The translations under genes were made by a program, and so were the position numbers. A stretch of DNA of 64,000 nucleotides, from the NCBI GenBank assembly GCA_002269645.1, contig NIVC01000576.1:356207-420206 (forward strand). The letters run 5' to 3'. Origin of the DNA: Macrostomum lignano (taxonomy: Eukaryota). Positions 14,095 to 25,520 of the stretch are shown piece after piece. The notes under the pieces were generated by a model. That model made no database searches, was not told the origin of the DNA, and saw only the letters and a list, made by a program, of their open reading frames with translations. The number at the start of each line of letters is the position of its first letter. Positions within the stretch are counted from its first letter, which is position 1.

Positions 14095-14706
14095 CTGGGT
14101 GTCAGGAGTGTCAATATGGGTGTCAGGTGTGTCACTCTGGGTGTCAGGTGAGTCACTCTGGGTGTCAGGTGTGTCCCTCTGGGTGTCAGGAGTGTCACTC
14201 TGGGTGTCAGAGGGGGTCACTCTGGGTGTCAGGTGTGTCACTCTGGGTGTCAGGTGAGTCACTCTGGGTGTCAGGTGTGTCACTCTGGGTGTCAGGTGTG
14301 TCACTCTGGGTGTCAGGTGTGTCACTCTGGGTGTTAGGTCAGTCACTCTGGGTGTCAGGTGGGTCACTCTGGGTGTCAGGTGTGTCACTCTGGGTGTTAG
14401 GTGAGTCACTCTGGGTGTCAGGTGTGTCACTCTGGGTGTCAGGAGTGTCACTCTGGGTGTCAGATGTGTCACTCTGGGTGTCAGGTGTGTCACTCTGGGT
14501 GTCAGGTGTGTCACTCTGGGTGTCAGGTGTGTCACTCTGGGTGTCAGAGGGGGTCACTCTGGGTGTCAGAGGGGGTCACTCTGGGTGTCAGGTGTGTCCC
14601 TCTGGGTGTCAGGAGTGTCACTCTGGGTGTCAGGTGTGTCACTCTGGGTGTCAAGTGTGTCACTCTGGGTGTCAGGTGTGTCACTCTGGGTGTCAGGTGT
14701 GTCACT
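14095..14706. repeat. 21-bp minisatellite (GGGTGTCAGGTGTGTCACTCT) about 380 bp upstream of the Kv start codon
   Basis: Tandem units read directly; 7-aa periodic ORFs. Confidence 0.95.
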
Positions 14707-15085
14707 TATAAGAGAACTGCTATCTGCCATTCTAGACGCTTGGTTTAATATTCCGTGACGAAACTCTGACTAGCTGTAGCCATACTAGTATAGATCTATA
14801 GCTTTCACCTGCTCATATACAACCAAGTCAGCAAGCACTGAATGCATTGGAGAGGGGGGTCCATCCCCGACCACCAGCCAATCGCTGCGCGACTTTACCG
14901 ATATCCTCAGATCCTCAGAAAATTTCATCCCTGGCTAACTAACTAACTAACTACAGAGGAGGATCTCTGTCTGAACTATTGCCGCCAAATCTCTCCGGTA
15001 GCAGAGCACAAATTTCGCTAAAATTTATTCACCTACTACTGGTAGATAGTTAAACTATTAATAGCTAAATTAATTCTAGCTAAAA

Positions 15086-15553
15086 ATGGCCGTGAACCCA
15101 GCCGACACCGTCACCATCACGGTTGGTGGCGCCAACTTCGTCACCCGACGCGCCACCCTGTACCGGTTTCCCAACACACGCCTGTACAACCAGATCGCTG
15201 CCGACGAGATGCAGAAGGACGCGTACTATTTCGACCGGGACCCTGAGGTGTTTCGCTTCATCCTAGACTTCTATCGCACCGGAGAATTGCACCTGCCGAC
15301 AAATATCTGCGGCCCGTTCGTGCGCAAGGAGCTCATCTTCTGGGGCATCCACGAGGCCAGCATCGGGCCCTGCTGCCTGCCGCACTACGTGCGATTCGAC
15401 GAGGAGAAGCGGACGAAGAACACGCTGTTCAAGGACTGCTTCGAGGACATCGAGCCGATGCAGTCGCTGGTGCGCTGCAGCAGAGGTTTCCGGAGACTGC
15501 GCTACCGGATGTGGCTGTTTCTGGACTATCCAACCTCTTCATTGCCGGCTAAG
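15086..15553 (+). CDS. Shaw: Shaw/Kv3-family voltage-gated K+ channel, coding exon 1 (T1/BTB tetramerisation domain)
   Basis: YYFDRDPEVFRFILDFYRTGELHLPTNICGPFVRKELIFWGI...PCC matches the Kv T1 domain with the Kv3/Shaw-type H-x5-C...CC Zn motif. Donor AAG|GTGAGT, phase 0. Confidence 0.92.
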
Positions 15554-15599
15554 GTGAGTTTTACTATTGTACCTGAAGTTGTGATTTGTGATAGTTGCG

Positions 15600-16045
15600 A
15601 AGAACCGAGTCTGCAGCACCGGAGAGATGTTACGAACAGCCCGGAGACGAGATCTCTGCGACATTGGGCAGAGAATCCAGTCGAGGCGGGTGTTGCGACC
15701 ATTCTTGGGCCATGAAAAATTGGTAGAACACTGAGGCGTTGGTGAAGGCAGCCCATCGGCCGTCAACCGGGAGGGGAGCACTGGAGTCGCTAGTGACAAT
15801 GATGAGGTGCCGGGAGGCCAGCTGGTCTAGCAGAGCATTTAGTTGGTCCTAGAAGCTCTCAGCTGCAGATGGATCTGGAGATGTGTTTGGTGCAGTTGGC
15901 GCATGCACACAGATAACATTGAGGCGCCTGTACTCCAGAGCGAAAGAGGCATGACCGATGCGCTCAGAGAGGAAGTTGATCGAGAGGAGCGATCGGGGAG
16001 AGCTTCTGGGGAGAGCAAGAAGCCAATGCCCCCCCACGCCTTGAG
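15600..16045 (-). pseudogene. Decayed non-LTR retrotransposon (LINE) APE endonuclease fragment in Kv intron 1
   Basis: Across frameshifts and a TAG at 15849-15851 it reads GVGGIG...ERIG...VICVHAPT...ESF*DQLNALLDQL...LIIVTSDSSA...FSWPKNGRNTRLDWILC. These correspond to the APE motifs VYAPT, FYDQL, GDFNA and TW...IDYIL. Confidence 0.75.
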
Positions 16046-16674
16046 CAGAGGCAGGTGAGACAGTGAAACTTCACCCTTTGTACAGACTGGTCTCGAGGTC
16101 TCTAAATAAACTTCAGAGACTTTTAATCAGCGTGTAGACGGAGAATATTGATATTTCTTAGAAAAAATTGTTCTATTCTTCGGATTAGATATCAAGCGAG
16201 ACTGAGAGAGACTTCTATAATTTACATGCATAAGCGTACAATAAAATGCGAATTTGAGTAGCGCGCTCATCGAAGACGAGACGAGAGAAAGAGAGAGTTT
16301 GGCTGGCTGGATCCCGCGGTCGGGCGAAGCCAGGAATTGCCTTCATCCGGACCGCCAACTCGCTGATTATTATTAATTTGACTGTCGGCCGAAGAAACTC
16401 GTAGGAAAGGAGGGTGGGGAGAGGCGGGTTGCAGAGGCTGCGACTGGCAGCGAGGCCAGCAAGGAGAGCTTGAGAAAGGGAGAGTTGAGGAATTCAGAGG
16501 AAGGCAAATCACAGCAGAAAAAGAAGAGGAGATTCCCTTGCCCGGGCCAGAGAGCAGCCCAATCTCGCCATCGCGCTCTCTTGCTCTCTCAATTTCTTGC
16601 AGACTCCGTCATTTTCTTTTAGTATTCAGCACTTCCTTTCAGGCCGATCCAGAAATCCAAACCGAGCCTCTGTC

Positions 16675-19600
16675 CAGGGAATCCTAAAGACCTGGAAGTG
16701 ACACTGTCCAATGGGGGCGGTCCAACTCAGGCCGATCCTACCTAACCAAACAAGGCAGCCCATGCCATTTTCTATAGGGTTTTCAGTATCAACTCGATGA
16801 TACAGCGCTGAAAAGTCATATCCCCTGAATTTTTTAAAGTCCTTATTGTAACGAAATAAACGAAAGTTTCATGAGGCCTTTTATAAGAAACAATTATGCA
16901 TAAAACTGGTAAACCATAGGCTATATAAACATAAAAAGGGTTTTAATCAAACTTACCAGGGTTGAAGGATCATCGGACATCAGAAAGGCAGTAATTATGC
17001 ATCAGGATAAACTGGGAGCTTACTCGTAAATAAAATAATTAGCAGTAACTCGGAATCGTCAAAACAATGAAGCTTATAAAAATATACTATTACGAGTACT
17101 AAGGATTCAATTTGGCCAGTTTGCGAGAGCAGTCCTCAGTTCTCTTCTGTTCTCCCGATTTCCGTTTGCCTACAACGGATGGGCGGTTAGCTTCAGAAGA
17201 AAGGTTTTTCAGAAAACAGTTTAGGAGTCGGAAAGAAAACTGCCGAATGACTTGTCTAAGTGAATGATTTGAGCAGCGGAAGCGACGAGCCGAAAATTTT
17301 GCACAGTTTTGAGTTTTTACTATCACGACTGATGCGAATGTTTGATGCGGTTTAAAGCTTTTAAGCTTCTGCAGCAGCTGCTTGGAGCCCTTGATGAGCT
17401 CAAACGAATTGAACGCTGTCATGCAGAGAACGAAAGCAGAATCCGATGGACAGCACAGTCCTCCCCGTGATGACTGTCGAACTAGGAAATCACGATTAGG
17501 AGCATCGTCGAGAGTCACTTCCATTGGAGGGACCTTGTCTTCGCTCACCAAAAATTCTCTACAATCAGCACATCCCTTGCTGATGGACTTTGAAAGGTAA
17601 CCTGCTATGTAGAACATCACGTTCAAACAGCCCATCTCGTTACTGCGCAAGGTCATGCATGGCTCATCTGACACATCAGCGAAGATTTCTGCTGCTCTTA
17701 GACTAACGTCAGTGTCTTCCTGCTCAACATCCTTCATGAAAGACTTCTTTAAGCGTAGCAAGTCTATTTCCGAGTGCTTAAGCAATGAAGTCATTCTAAG
17801 TTTATTCTCGGACTGAACGACCTGCTTTGCACTGATAAAATACAATCCGCCGGACATCTGCCTGTACTTTCCGAACTGCCTTTCAAGAGGATCGGACAAC
17901 AACTTTCCCAGCAGAATGTAGTCAAAGTGGCCAGTAGAAAAAAGTTTCGCACACAATAGTGGAATGGCTGAGCATGTTTGAATGAGGCTGCCAAATGTCT
18001 CGTTTGTCAGACCATCTGCGCCTGTTGATACCGCTCGCCACTTCTTTAGGAAGCCAACAAAGTCAGCAAGGTACTGGAGCTGCCAGTCTTGCATATTAGT
18101 TAGCGGCTCACTTTCCGGTCTTCTTAATTGTTGACCGGCGAATGGCGTTCGAACATTCAATATTGCCCACAGCTTCCTGATCATGGACAAGAAATTGGCT
18201 GTGCTATTGAACGTTGAAGTGTCTACCTCCGTGCTCTTTGTGCTTGAATACAGTCTGAGTGCAGAAACTGTTGTGTCATCGAACACAGCTGCAGCCAGTG
18301 AAGCACTAGTTCTCTCGACATTAAGAGGACGTAAAACCTTCTCCGACAGACGGAAGGCAATCTTTGACGACTGACCTCTTTCAATTTCAAAAATAGCCTC
18401 AACATCACTGAACCTTGCCACAAAGTTGCTGCAATTGTCGAACGCTGGACAGTGAAATACACCTCGTCTCTGAAAGTTGTTATACACATTTTTAATGTTG
18501 TGAGTAGTGTCCATCAGCAAGAAGATTTCTTTCTGATCGTCACATGGATGTCGCATAGACAGCCCATGTTCAGGTACAGCTGACATTGAGTAAAACTTTC
18601 GGTTGACAGAGGAGTTGTCACAGGACAATGCAACAATTTCAAATCCACTCTTTGTGACAGCCGCAATCACTTCCTTGGCCATGTTGCATAAGTCCAGAGC
18701 GGTCAAGCAGTTAACAGGAAATAGACCGACAACATCCTGATAGGATGCGCCGACGGACTTGATTAGAAAGGCAAGAATTGAGGAGGTCATTTTACCGTCA
18801 CTCGCAAGGCCGTAAGCAGAGTCGCAATTGAACTCGATTCTTTTAGCTGTTGCGACCTCATCAATAATGAGCACAACGTGCTTCTCTCTGCTAGACAGTG
18901 ACTCTGTCCTCAACTGCAGGTACATTTCCTCAACCACTCCAGGCTCCTTCGAAAGAACAGCATTTAGCCTGACAAGGCTTCTTACAGATGGTAGGCAGAG
19001 GGCACCATTTTCTAGGATTGCCTTATAGGCGGCACGACTTGTCGAAAAGATCAAGTACGCAAACACAGTTGTTGATGGTGAATATCGTCGAGCAGATACT
19101 TTTTGATGAATCAGTGAGAACTGTTCAGCTAAGAAATTGACATTGCTGCTCAGTTCAGAATCATCACTCAAAGATTCGAGGTAGACTTTTAAAACGCCTT
19201 CAACAAATGCAGACGACACATTTGAATTGCGAGAGTCAACAGCAACAGTAGCCGAAGACTTAATCAAGGCTAACATGTTTTCTAAAGTCGAAAGCTGACG
19301 CACATGTAGCGAGTCATCTTTGAGCAGGTGTTTAAACATGCTATCAGAGCAAGAAAGGCCAGAGATGAAGACTTGGAAGGTAAGGTCCTGCAGTACTGTC
19401 ATAGAGGCAAGCAGACAAGGAGCTGAAATCGAGTCAGATCTTGTTATCAAGTAAAACGAGACTGAATCTGCTTCCTTACTTCTGACGAATCCAGAGGGAA
19501 TCGTCGCTTGTTCCAGCTTTTGAATCAAATCGCTGAAATCGCACAACTCGTCGGAGCCAAAAAAGTCGCTGATTTCCTCATCTAAGCGGACTTGGTCTCC

Positions 19601-20370
19601 CATGAAGCGCGCAGCGGAAGTGGCATTTTGACTTCTTACCTGCGTAATTGGCTTGCTCAGGTATTTCGGCAAGCCTTCAAATTGAGATGGAACTGCATCG
19701 TCTTTGAGTCGAATCAGATGCAGCTTTGAATCAGATGCAGAAAAGCGTCGTTTCTTCCGGCGTTGATTCGCATCCGATGAACTCTTCACGAAATCTGATT
19801 CAGTGAAATGCTTCGAGCAGACGCGTTGAAATTCGGAAGCATTTAAATCAGCATTTGGAATGGCGCGAAGCCAGCGCTGTCGCAAGTTGGTGTCTTTAGG
19901 AAAAGCATAATAGCTCACATTTTCTGTCTTCTGCGACGCGTAGCCAGATTTGCAGCCAAATACACAGCACTTGTAACCCATTATGATGCTTGCAAATGAG
20001 AGGATATTCAGTTTGATTATGAACACACGAAAGCTTACTTAAATGCAGCTCGATAGGGGCATAAGAGTTATGTGTGCATTCAACAGTGCGTCATCATGTT
20101 TAGAATTCGTACACTCATGTACAATGCGCTCCTTTCATATTGAATCAGTCTTTATTTGGACAGTGATTTTCTCTGCACTCTCTATCCTCTCAGTCCACTC
20201 AACCCCTTCTCTATCCTTCGTTCCTCCCTTTTTCGAGTCGCTTTACTAGCCCCTGCAAGAAAATGTTTTTCCTCTTTGTCCTCTCTCCCAAAAAAGTTAT
20301 CGGCCTGGGTTGGACCGGCCTGGAGGGCCTGAATATTGCAGTGTCACTTCCAGGTCTTTAGGATTCCCTG
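16675..20370 (-). mobile_element. Full-length P-element-superfamily (THAP9-like) DNA transposon, 3696 bp, antisense within Kv intron 1
   Basis: Perfect 32-bp TIRs CAGGGAATCCTAAAGACCTGGAAGTGACACTG (16675-16706 and 20339-20370). 7-bp TSD CTCTGTC (16668-16674 and 20371-20377). Encloses one intact transposase ORF. Confidence 0.95.
17099..19981 (-). CDS. P-element/THAP9-type transposase, 960 aa, single uninterrupted ORF
   Basis: N-terminal THAP C2CH finger (CCVFGC...FPKD...RWL...VCSKHF). RNase H-like catalytic motifs VLIIDEV, LSCDNSS, MDTTHNIKNVYNN and SDPLERQFGKYRQMSGG. C-terminal YIAGYL...CADC and GGLCCPS. First ATG is at 19981; the ORF track starts at an upstream GTG. Confidence 0.93.
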   Translation of the reverse strand: MGYKCCVFGCKSGYASQKTENVSYYAFPKDTNLRQRWLRAIPNADLNASEFQRVCSKHFTESDFVKSSSDANQRRKKRRFSASDSKLHLIRLKDDAVPSQFEGLPKYLSKPITQVRSQNATSAARFMGDQVRLDEEISDFFGSDELCDFSDLIQKLEQATIPSGFVRSKEADSVSFYLITRSDSISAPCLLASMTVLQDLTFQVFISGLSCSDSMFKHLLKDDSLHVRQLSTLENMLALIKSSATVAVDSRNSNVSSAFVEGVLKVYLESLSDDSELSSNVNFLAEQFSLIHQKVSARRYSPSTTVFAYLIFSTSRAAYKAILENGALCLPSVRSLVRLNAVLSKEPGVVEEMYLQLRTESLSSREKHVVLIIDEVATAKRIEFNCDSAYGLASDGKMTSSILAFLIKSVGASYQDVVGLFPVNCLTALDLCNMAKEVIAAVTKSGFEIVALSCDNSSVNRKFYSMSAVPEHGLSMRHPCDDQKEIFLLMDTTHNIKNVYNNFQRRGVFHCPAFDNCSNFVARFSDVEAIFEIERGQSSKIAFRLSEKVLRPLNVERTSASLAAAVFDDTTVSALRLYSSTKSTEVDTSTFNSTANFLSMIRKLWAILNVRTPFAGQQLRRPESEPLTNMQDWQLQYLADFVGFLKKWRAVSTGADGLTNETFGSLIQTCSAIPLLCAKLFSTGHFDYILLGKLLSDPLERQFGKYRQMSGGLYFISAKQVVQSENKLRMTSLLKHSEIDLLRLKKSFMKDVEQEDTDVSLRAAEIFADVSDEPCMTLRSNEMGCLNVMFYIAGYLSKSISKGCADCREFLVSEDKVPPMEVTLDDAPNRDFLVRQSSRGGLCCPSDSAFVLCMTAFNSFELIKGSKQLLQKLKSFKPHQTFASVVIVKTQNCAKFSARRFRCSNHSLRQVIRQFSFRLLNCFLKNLSSEANRPSVVGKRKSGEQKRTEDCSRKLAKLNP

Positions 20371-20637
20371 CTCTGTCCCCCCTGGGGGGGGGGCTGAGCT
20401 GCGGGATTCCGGCTTTCCGCTTTCCCGTCTGCTTCTTTAAAGAAAGAGAAAAAGGACGGAGAAAGAAAAAAACGAGGGTGGGAGACCCGGCTTATAGAGT
20501 GAAAAGGTCGAGTAAAGTAGATTTTCAGATATAACAGTGGAATGCAGTCTGGAGGGAGGGGATGCCTAGCCTGATAGTTGAGATCTGCAAGCATTGCCAT
20601 CAGCCAAGTTGCCTGAAAGTTTATCCCGGAGCAGCCT

Positions 20638-21272
<635 letters not shown>

Positions 21273-21759
21273 TTAGCAGCACAAAGCAGTGGGGCAGGCA
21301 ATTGGAATATTGCATCCCATTAGCCCTATTTCTATCACCCAGACTCCAGCAAATCTCGAGCAAGGAGCGACATTCCTTCCCTAGCAACAAATCCGCTACA
21401 GCCTAAATGCGAGATTTTAGCAACTTCAGCCAATTAACAAACCACTAATGGAGTCCCAGATTCGTGTCCAAGTAGCATGCAGCAAATGGCTTTCATTGCT
21501 ACATCTCCCTCGCAATGTTCATCAGCCAGGCTGCCCGACTTCAGACATCTGTTAAACGGGCATTGTCTGGCAGAACAGAAAGAATTTGGAGAGCAGAGTC
21601 CGTTACTGGGTAATGTGAAATTATCCAATTGAAAAATACGCTGGCCATTCTCAGCTTTGTTGCAAAAACTCTTGAACTCATTGATAAATACGAGATATTT
21701 GCCTCCTTTGCCCTCTCTGTGTCCTACTTTTAATCATCCCACTTCAATACACCCTATCT

Positions 21760-22330
21760 CCTCTATATCCCTGTCTAATCTCCTCTCTATCCCTGTCTAA
21801 TCTCGTCTCTATCCCTGTCTAATCTCCTCTCTATCCCTGTCTAATCTCCTTTCAATCTCTATTTAATCTCCTCTCTATCCCTGTCTAGTCTCCTCTCTAT
21901 CCCTGTCTAGTCTCTTCTCTATCCCTGTCTAATCTCCTTTCAATCTCTATCTAATCTCCTCTCTATCCCTTTCTAATCTACCCTCTATCCCTGTCTAATC
22001 TCCTCTCTATCCCTGTCTAATCTACCCTCTATTCCTGTCTAATCTCCTCTCTATCCCTGTCTAATCTCGTCTTTATCCCTGTCTAATCTCGTCTCTATCC
22101 CTGTCTAACCTCCTCTATATCCCTGTCTAATCTCTTTTCTATCCCTGTCTAATCTCCTCTCTATCCCTGTCTAATCTACCCTCTATCCCTGTCTAATCTC
22201 CTCTCTATCCCTGTCTAATCTCGTCTTTATCCCTGTCTAATCTCGTCTCTATCCCTGTCTAACCTCCTCTATATCCCTGTCTAATCTCTTTTCTATCCCT
22301 GTCTAATCTCTTCTCTATCTCTGTCTTATC
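21760..22330. repeat. 22-bp minisatellite (CTATCCCTGTCTAATCTCCTCT), block 1
   Basis: Tandem units read directly. Confidence 0.93.
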
Positions 22331-23149
22331 TCTTTAATTATCCCAGCCTGAATCGTATTTTAGATCTCTTTCAACTCTCTATCTTTATGGCTTCTTCCTG
22401 TCTCCTCCCTAAGTCCCTAATTTCGCTCGTGCTGACAGAAACAACACAAAATAGTACACGATGAAACTTTTTCGTGTGGCTTGATGCTTCTGCTTCTGAA
22501 AATGGAGGAGCTCAACAAACTTTCAACTGGAAAATCATTTCCATTCTCGTCTCGGATGTCCTCGAAAAAGCTCTAGGCAGATTGGTTTTAACACGCGTAC
22601 AGGGATTACTAAAATCCAGATGTTATAAAGCGTCCTTGCACGCATAGGGTCGGCTCTAAGGCCTGTCTGTCACCTGTCAGGCCGGATCGTGCATGCTAGG
22701 AAGATGAGGATTTCACCGGCTTAGCGCGCAGAAATCCCACCCCGAATTTATCTGGGGGAAAAGCGCAAATCCCTCTTTCGGCTGTCTCAGGCGCTAGCCA
22801 TATACTTTGAGGCTGGTAAAACAAATCATTTCTAAATATATATGACGACTTATTCCGCCTCACCTATCTGAGGAGGGACTTGGGAGTCCAGACTGGGTTG
22901 CTATGGCTTCACAGATACTGACAACCCCACCGAATATCTTATCAGGCCTCGCTCCACTGTCGGCTGTTTGGCAATTCAAATATCCGGCTGCGGATTGAAG
23001 CTTTCAGACTGGCCGGCCGGCTTGCTGCTAAACAAACCGAAGCTTTCATAAATCTTTGCTGCGATGAGGACCGGCATTGGGAAGCGCCCGCAGTGTGGAC
23101 TGCTGTCACATGTGATGGCTGAAGCTTCTGGTGGGATCACTGATTCTGG

Positions 23150-23530
23150 AGAATCATCACTGAATCTGGGGGATCACTGATTCTGGGGGGTCACTGATTC
23201 TGGGGGATCACCAATTGTGGGGTATCACTGATTCTGGGGGGTCACTGATTCTGGGGGATCACCAATTGTGGGGTATCACTGATTCTGGGGGGATCACTGA
23301 TTCTGGGGAATCATCACTGATTCTGGGGGATCACAGATTCTGGGGAATCATCACTGATTCTGGGGATTTCTGGGGATCACTGATTCTGGGGGATCACTGA
23401 TTCTGGGGATCACTGATTCTGGGGGATCACTGATTCTGGGGGATCACTGATACTGGGGGATCACTGATTCTGGGGGATCACTGATACTGGGGGATCACTG
23501 ATACTGAGATATCACCAATTGTGGGGATCA
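23150..23530. repeat. ~17-bp minisatellite (GGGGGATCACTGATTCT)
   Basis: Tandem units read directly. Confidence 0.9.
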
Positions 23531-24124
23531 ATGAGATACCACTGATTCTGATGTAGAGGGATATACATGTAAGATTTTGAGTAGTAGAAGAGGTTTTGAG
23601 AGATGAAAATTGTGAGATGACTGGAAGCACCTGCTTACAGAATATTAGCGTACAATATCATTATCAAGCATAGAATAAGTAAACACCAAGGATACATCGC
23701 AAATCAGCAGACCGAAAAGCCCTAAAGGATATCAGGCCAGCCAGACGGAAGCGATTTCATGCAGTTCTTGCAGCTGAACTCAAATATAGTTGCTATGGGA
23801 AGTTCAGTTGATCCTGACTGAATTTGGCAGGCCTCCTATAGTTTCTTGCTTGGCTCACATGTTAATTTGACTGTCTGGTTGACCGTCTGCTTCAGTTCCA
23901 TATTGATTATCAATGAGGCGAATCAATTGCTCTGATGGGTGTACAGTTATTGACGCAAATAAGATTACGAAGCAGTAATGCATTGTATGCTGATGCTGAC
24001 TGACTGAAGTACTCATAAGTGTCTGAACTGTCTGATGCTAGCTTTCTTAGTATGATAGCGCCACAAATATCCACATCTGCATGCATCTGCTCTGCAGAAC
24101 TTGTTTTTATGCTTGGCTGTCTCA

Positions 24125-25520
24125 TCTCCTCTATCCGCCTGATCTTTCCTCTATCACTGTCGAATCTCCTCTCTATCCCTGTCTAATCCCTTCTCTATCC
24201 CTGTCTAATCTCCTCTCTATCCCTGTCTAATCCCTTCTCTATCCCTGTCTAATCCCTTCTCTATCCATATCTAATCTCCTCTCTATCCCTGTCTAATCCC
24301 TTCTCTATCCCTGTCTAATCCCTTCTCTATCCATATCTAATCTCCGCTCTATCCCTGTCTAATCCCTTCTCTATCCCTGTCTAATCTCCTCTCTATCTCT
24401 GTCTGATCTCCTCTTTATCCCTGTCTAATCTCGTCTCTATCCCTGTCTAATCTCCTCTCTATCCCTGTCTAATCTCCTCTCTATCTCTGTAATCTCCTCT
24501 CTATCCCTGTCAAATCTCCTCTCTATCCCTGTCTAATCTCGTCTCTATCCCTGTCTAATCTCCTCTCTATCCCTGTCTAATCTCCTCTCTATCCCTGTCT
24601 AATCTCCTCTCTATCCCTGTCTAATCTCGTCTCTATCCCTGTCTAATCTCCTCTCTATCCCTGTCTAATCTCCTCTCTATCCCTGTCTAATCCCTTCTCT
24701 ATCCCTGTCTAATCTCCTCTCTATCTCTGTCTGATCTCCTCTTTATCCCTGTCTAATCTCGTCTCTATCCCTGTCTAATCTCCTCTCTATCCCTGTCTAA
24801 TCTCCTCTCTATCTCTGTAATCTCCTCTCTATCCCTGTCTAATCTCCTCTCTATCTCTGTCTGATCTCCTCTTTATCCCTGTCTAATCTCGTCTCTATCC
24901 CTGTCTAATCTCCTCTCTATCCCTGTCTAATCTCCTCTCTATCTCTGTAATCTCCTCTCTATCCCTGTCTAATCTCGTCTCTATCCCTGTCTAATCTCCT
25001 CTCTATCCCTGTCTAATCTCCTCTCTATCCCTGTCTAATCCCTTCTCTATCCCTGTCTAATCTCCTCTCTATCTCTGTCTGATCTCCTCTTTATCCCTGT
25101 CTAATCTCGTCTCTATCCCTGTCTAATCTCCTCTCTATCCCTGTCTAATCTCCTCTCTATCTCTGTAATCTCCTCTCTATCCCTGTCTAATCTCCTCTCT
25201 ATCTCTGTCTGATCTCCTCTTTATCCCTGTCTAATCTCGTCTCTATCCCTGTCTAATCTCCTCTCTATCCCTGTCTAATCTCCTCTCTATCTCTGTAATC
25301 TCCTCTCTATCCCTGTCTAATCTCCTCTCTATCCCTGTCTAATTTCCTCTCTATCCCTGTCTAATCTCCTCTCTATCCCTGTCTAATCTCCTCTCTATCC
25401 CTGTCTAATCTCCTCTCTATCCCTGTCTAATCTCCTCTCTATCTCTGTAATCTCGTCTCTATCCCTGTCTAATCTCCTTTCTATCCCTTTTAATCTCCCC
25501 TCTATCTCTGTCTAATCTCC
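24125..25520. repeat. 22-bp minisatellite (CTATCCCTGTCTAATCTCCTCT), block 2
   Basis: Same unit and orientation as block 1. Confidence 0.93.

Noticed and set aside
17099-20026. Domesticated host THAP9 gene; also the 975-aa GTG start
   Set aside because: Intact TIRs and TSD indicate a transposon. The THAP domain begins at the ATG at 19981, and the GTG lies in a probable 5'-UTR intron.
16667-20378. 8-bp TSD for the P element
   Set aside because: Flanks CCTCTGTC and CTCTGTCC match over only 7 bp (CTCTGTC).
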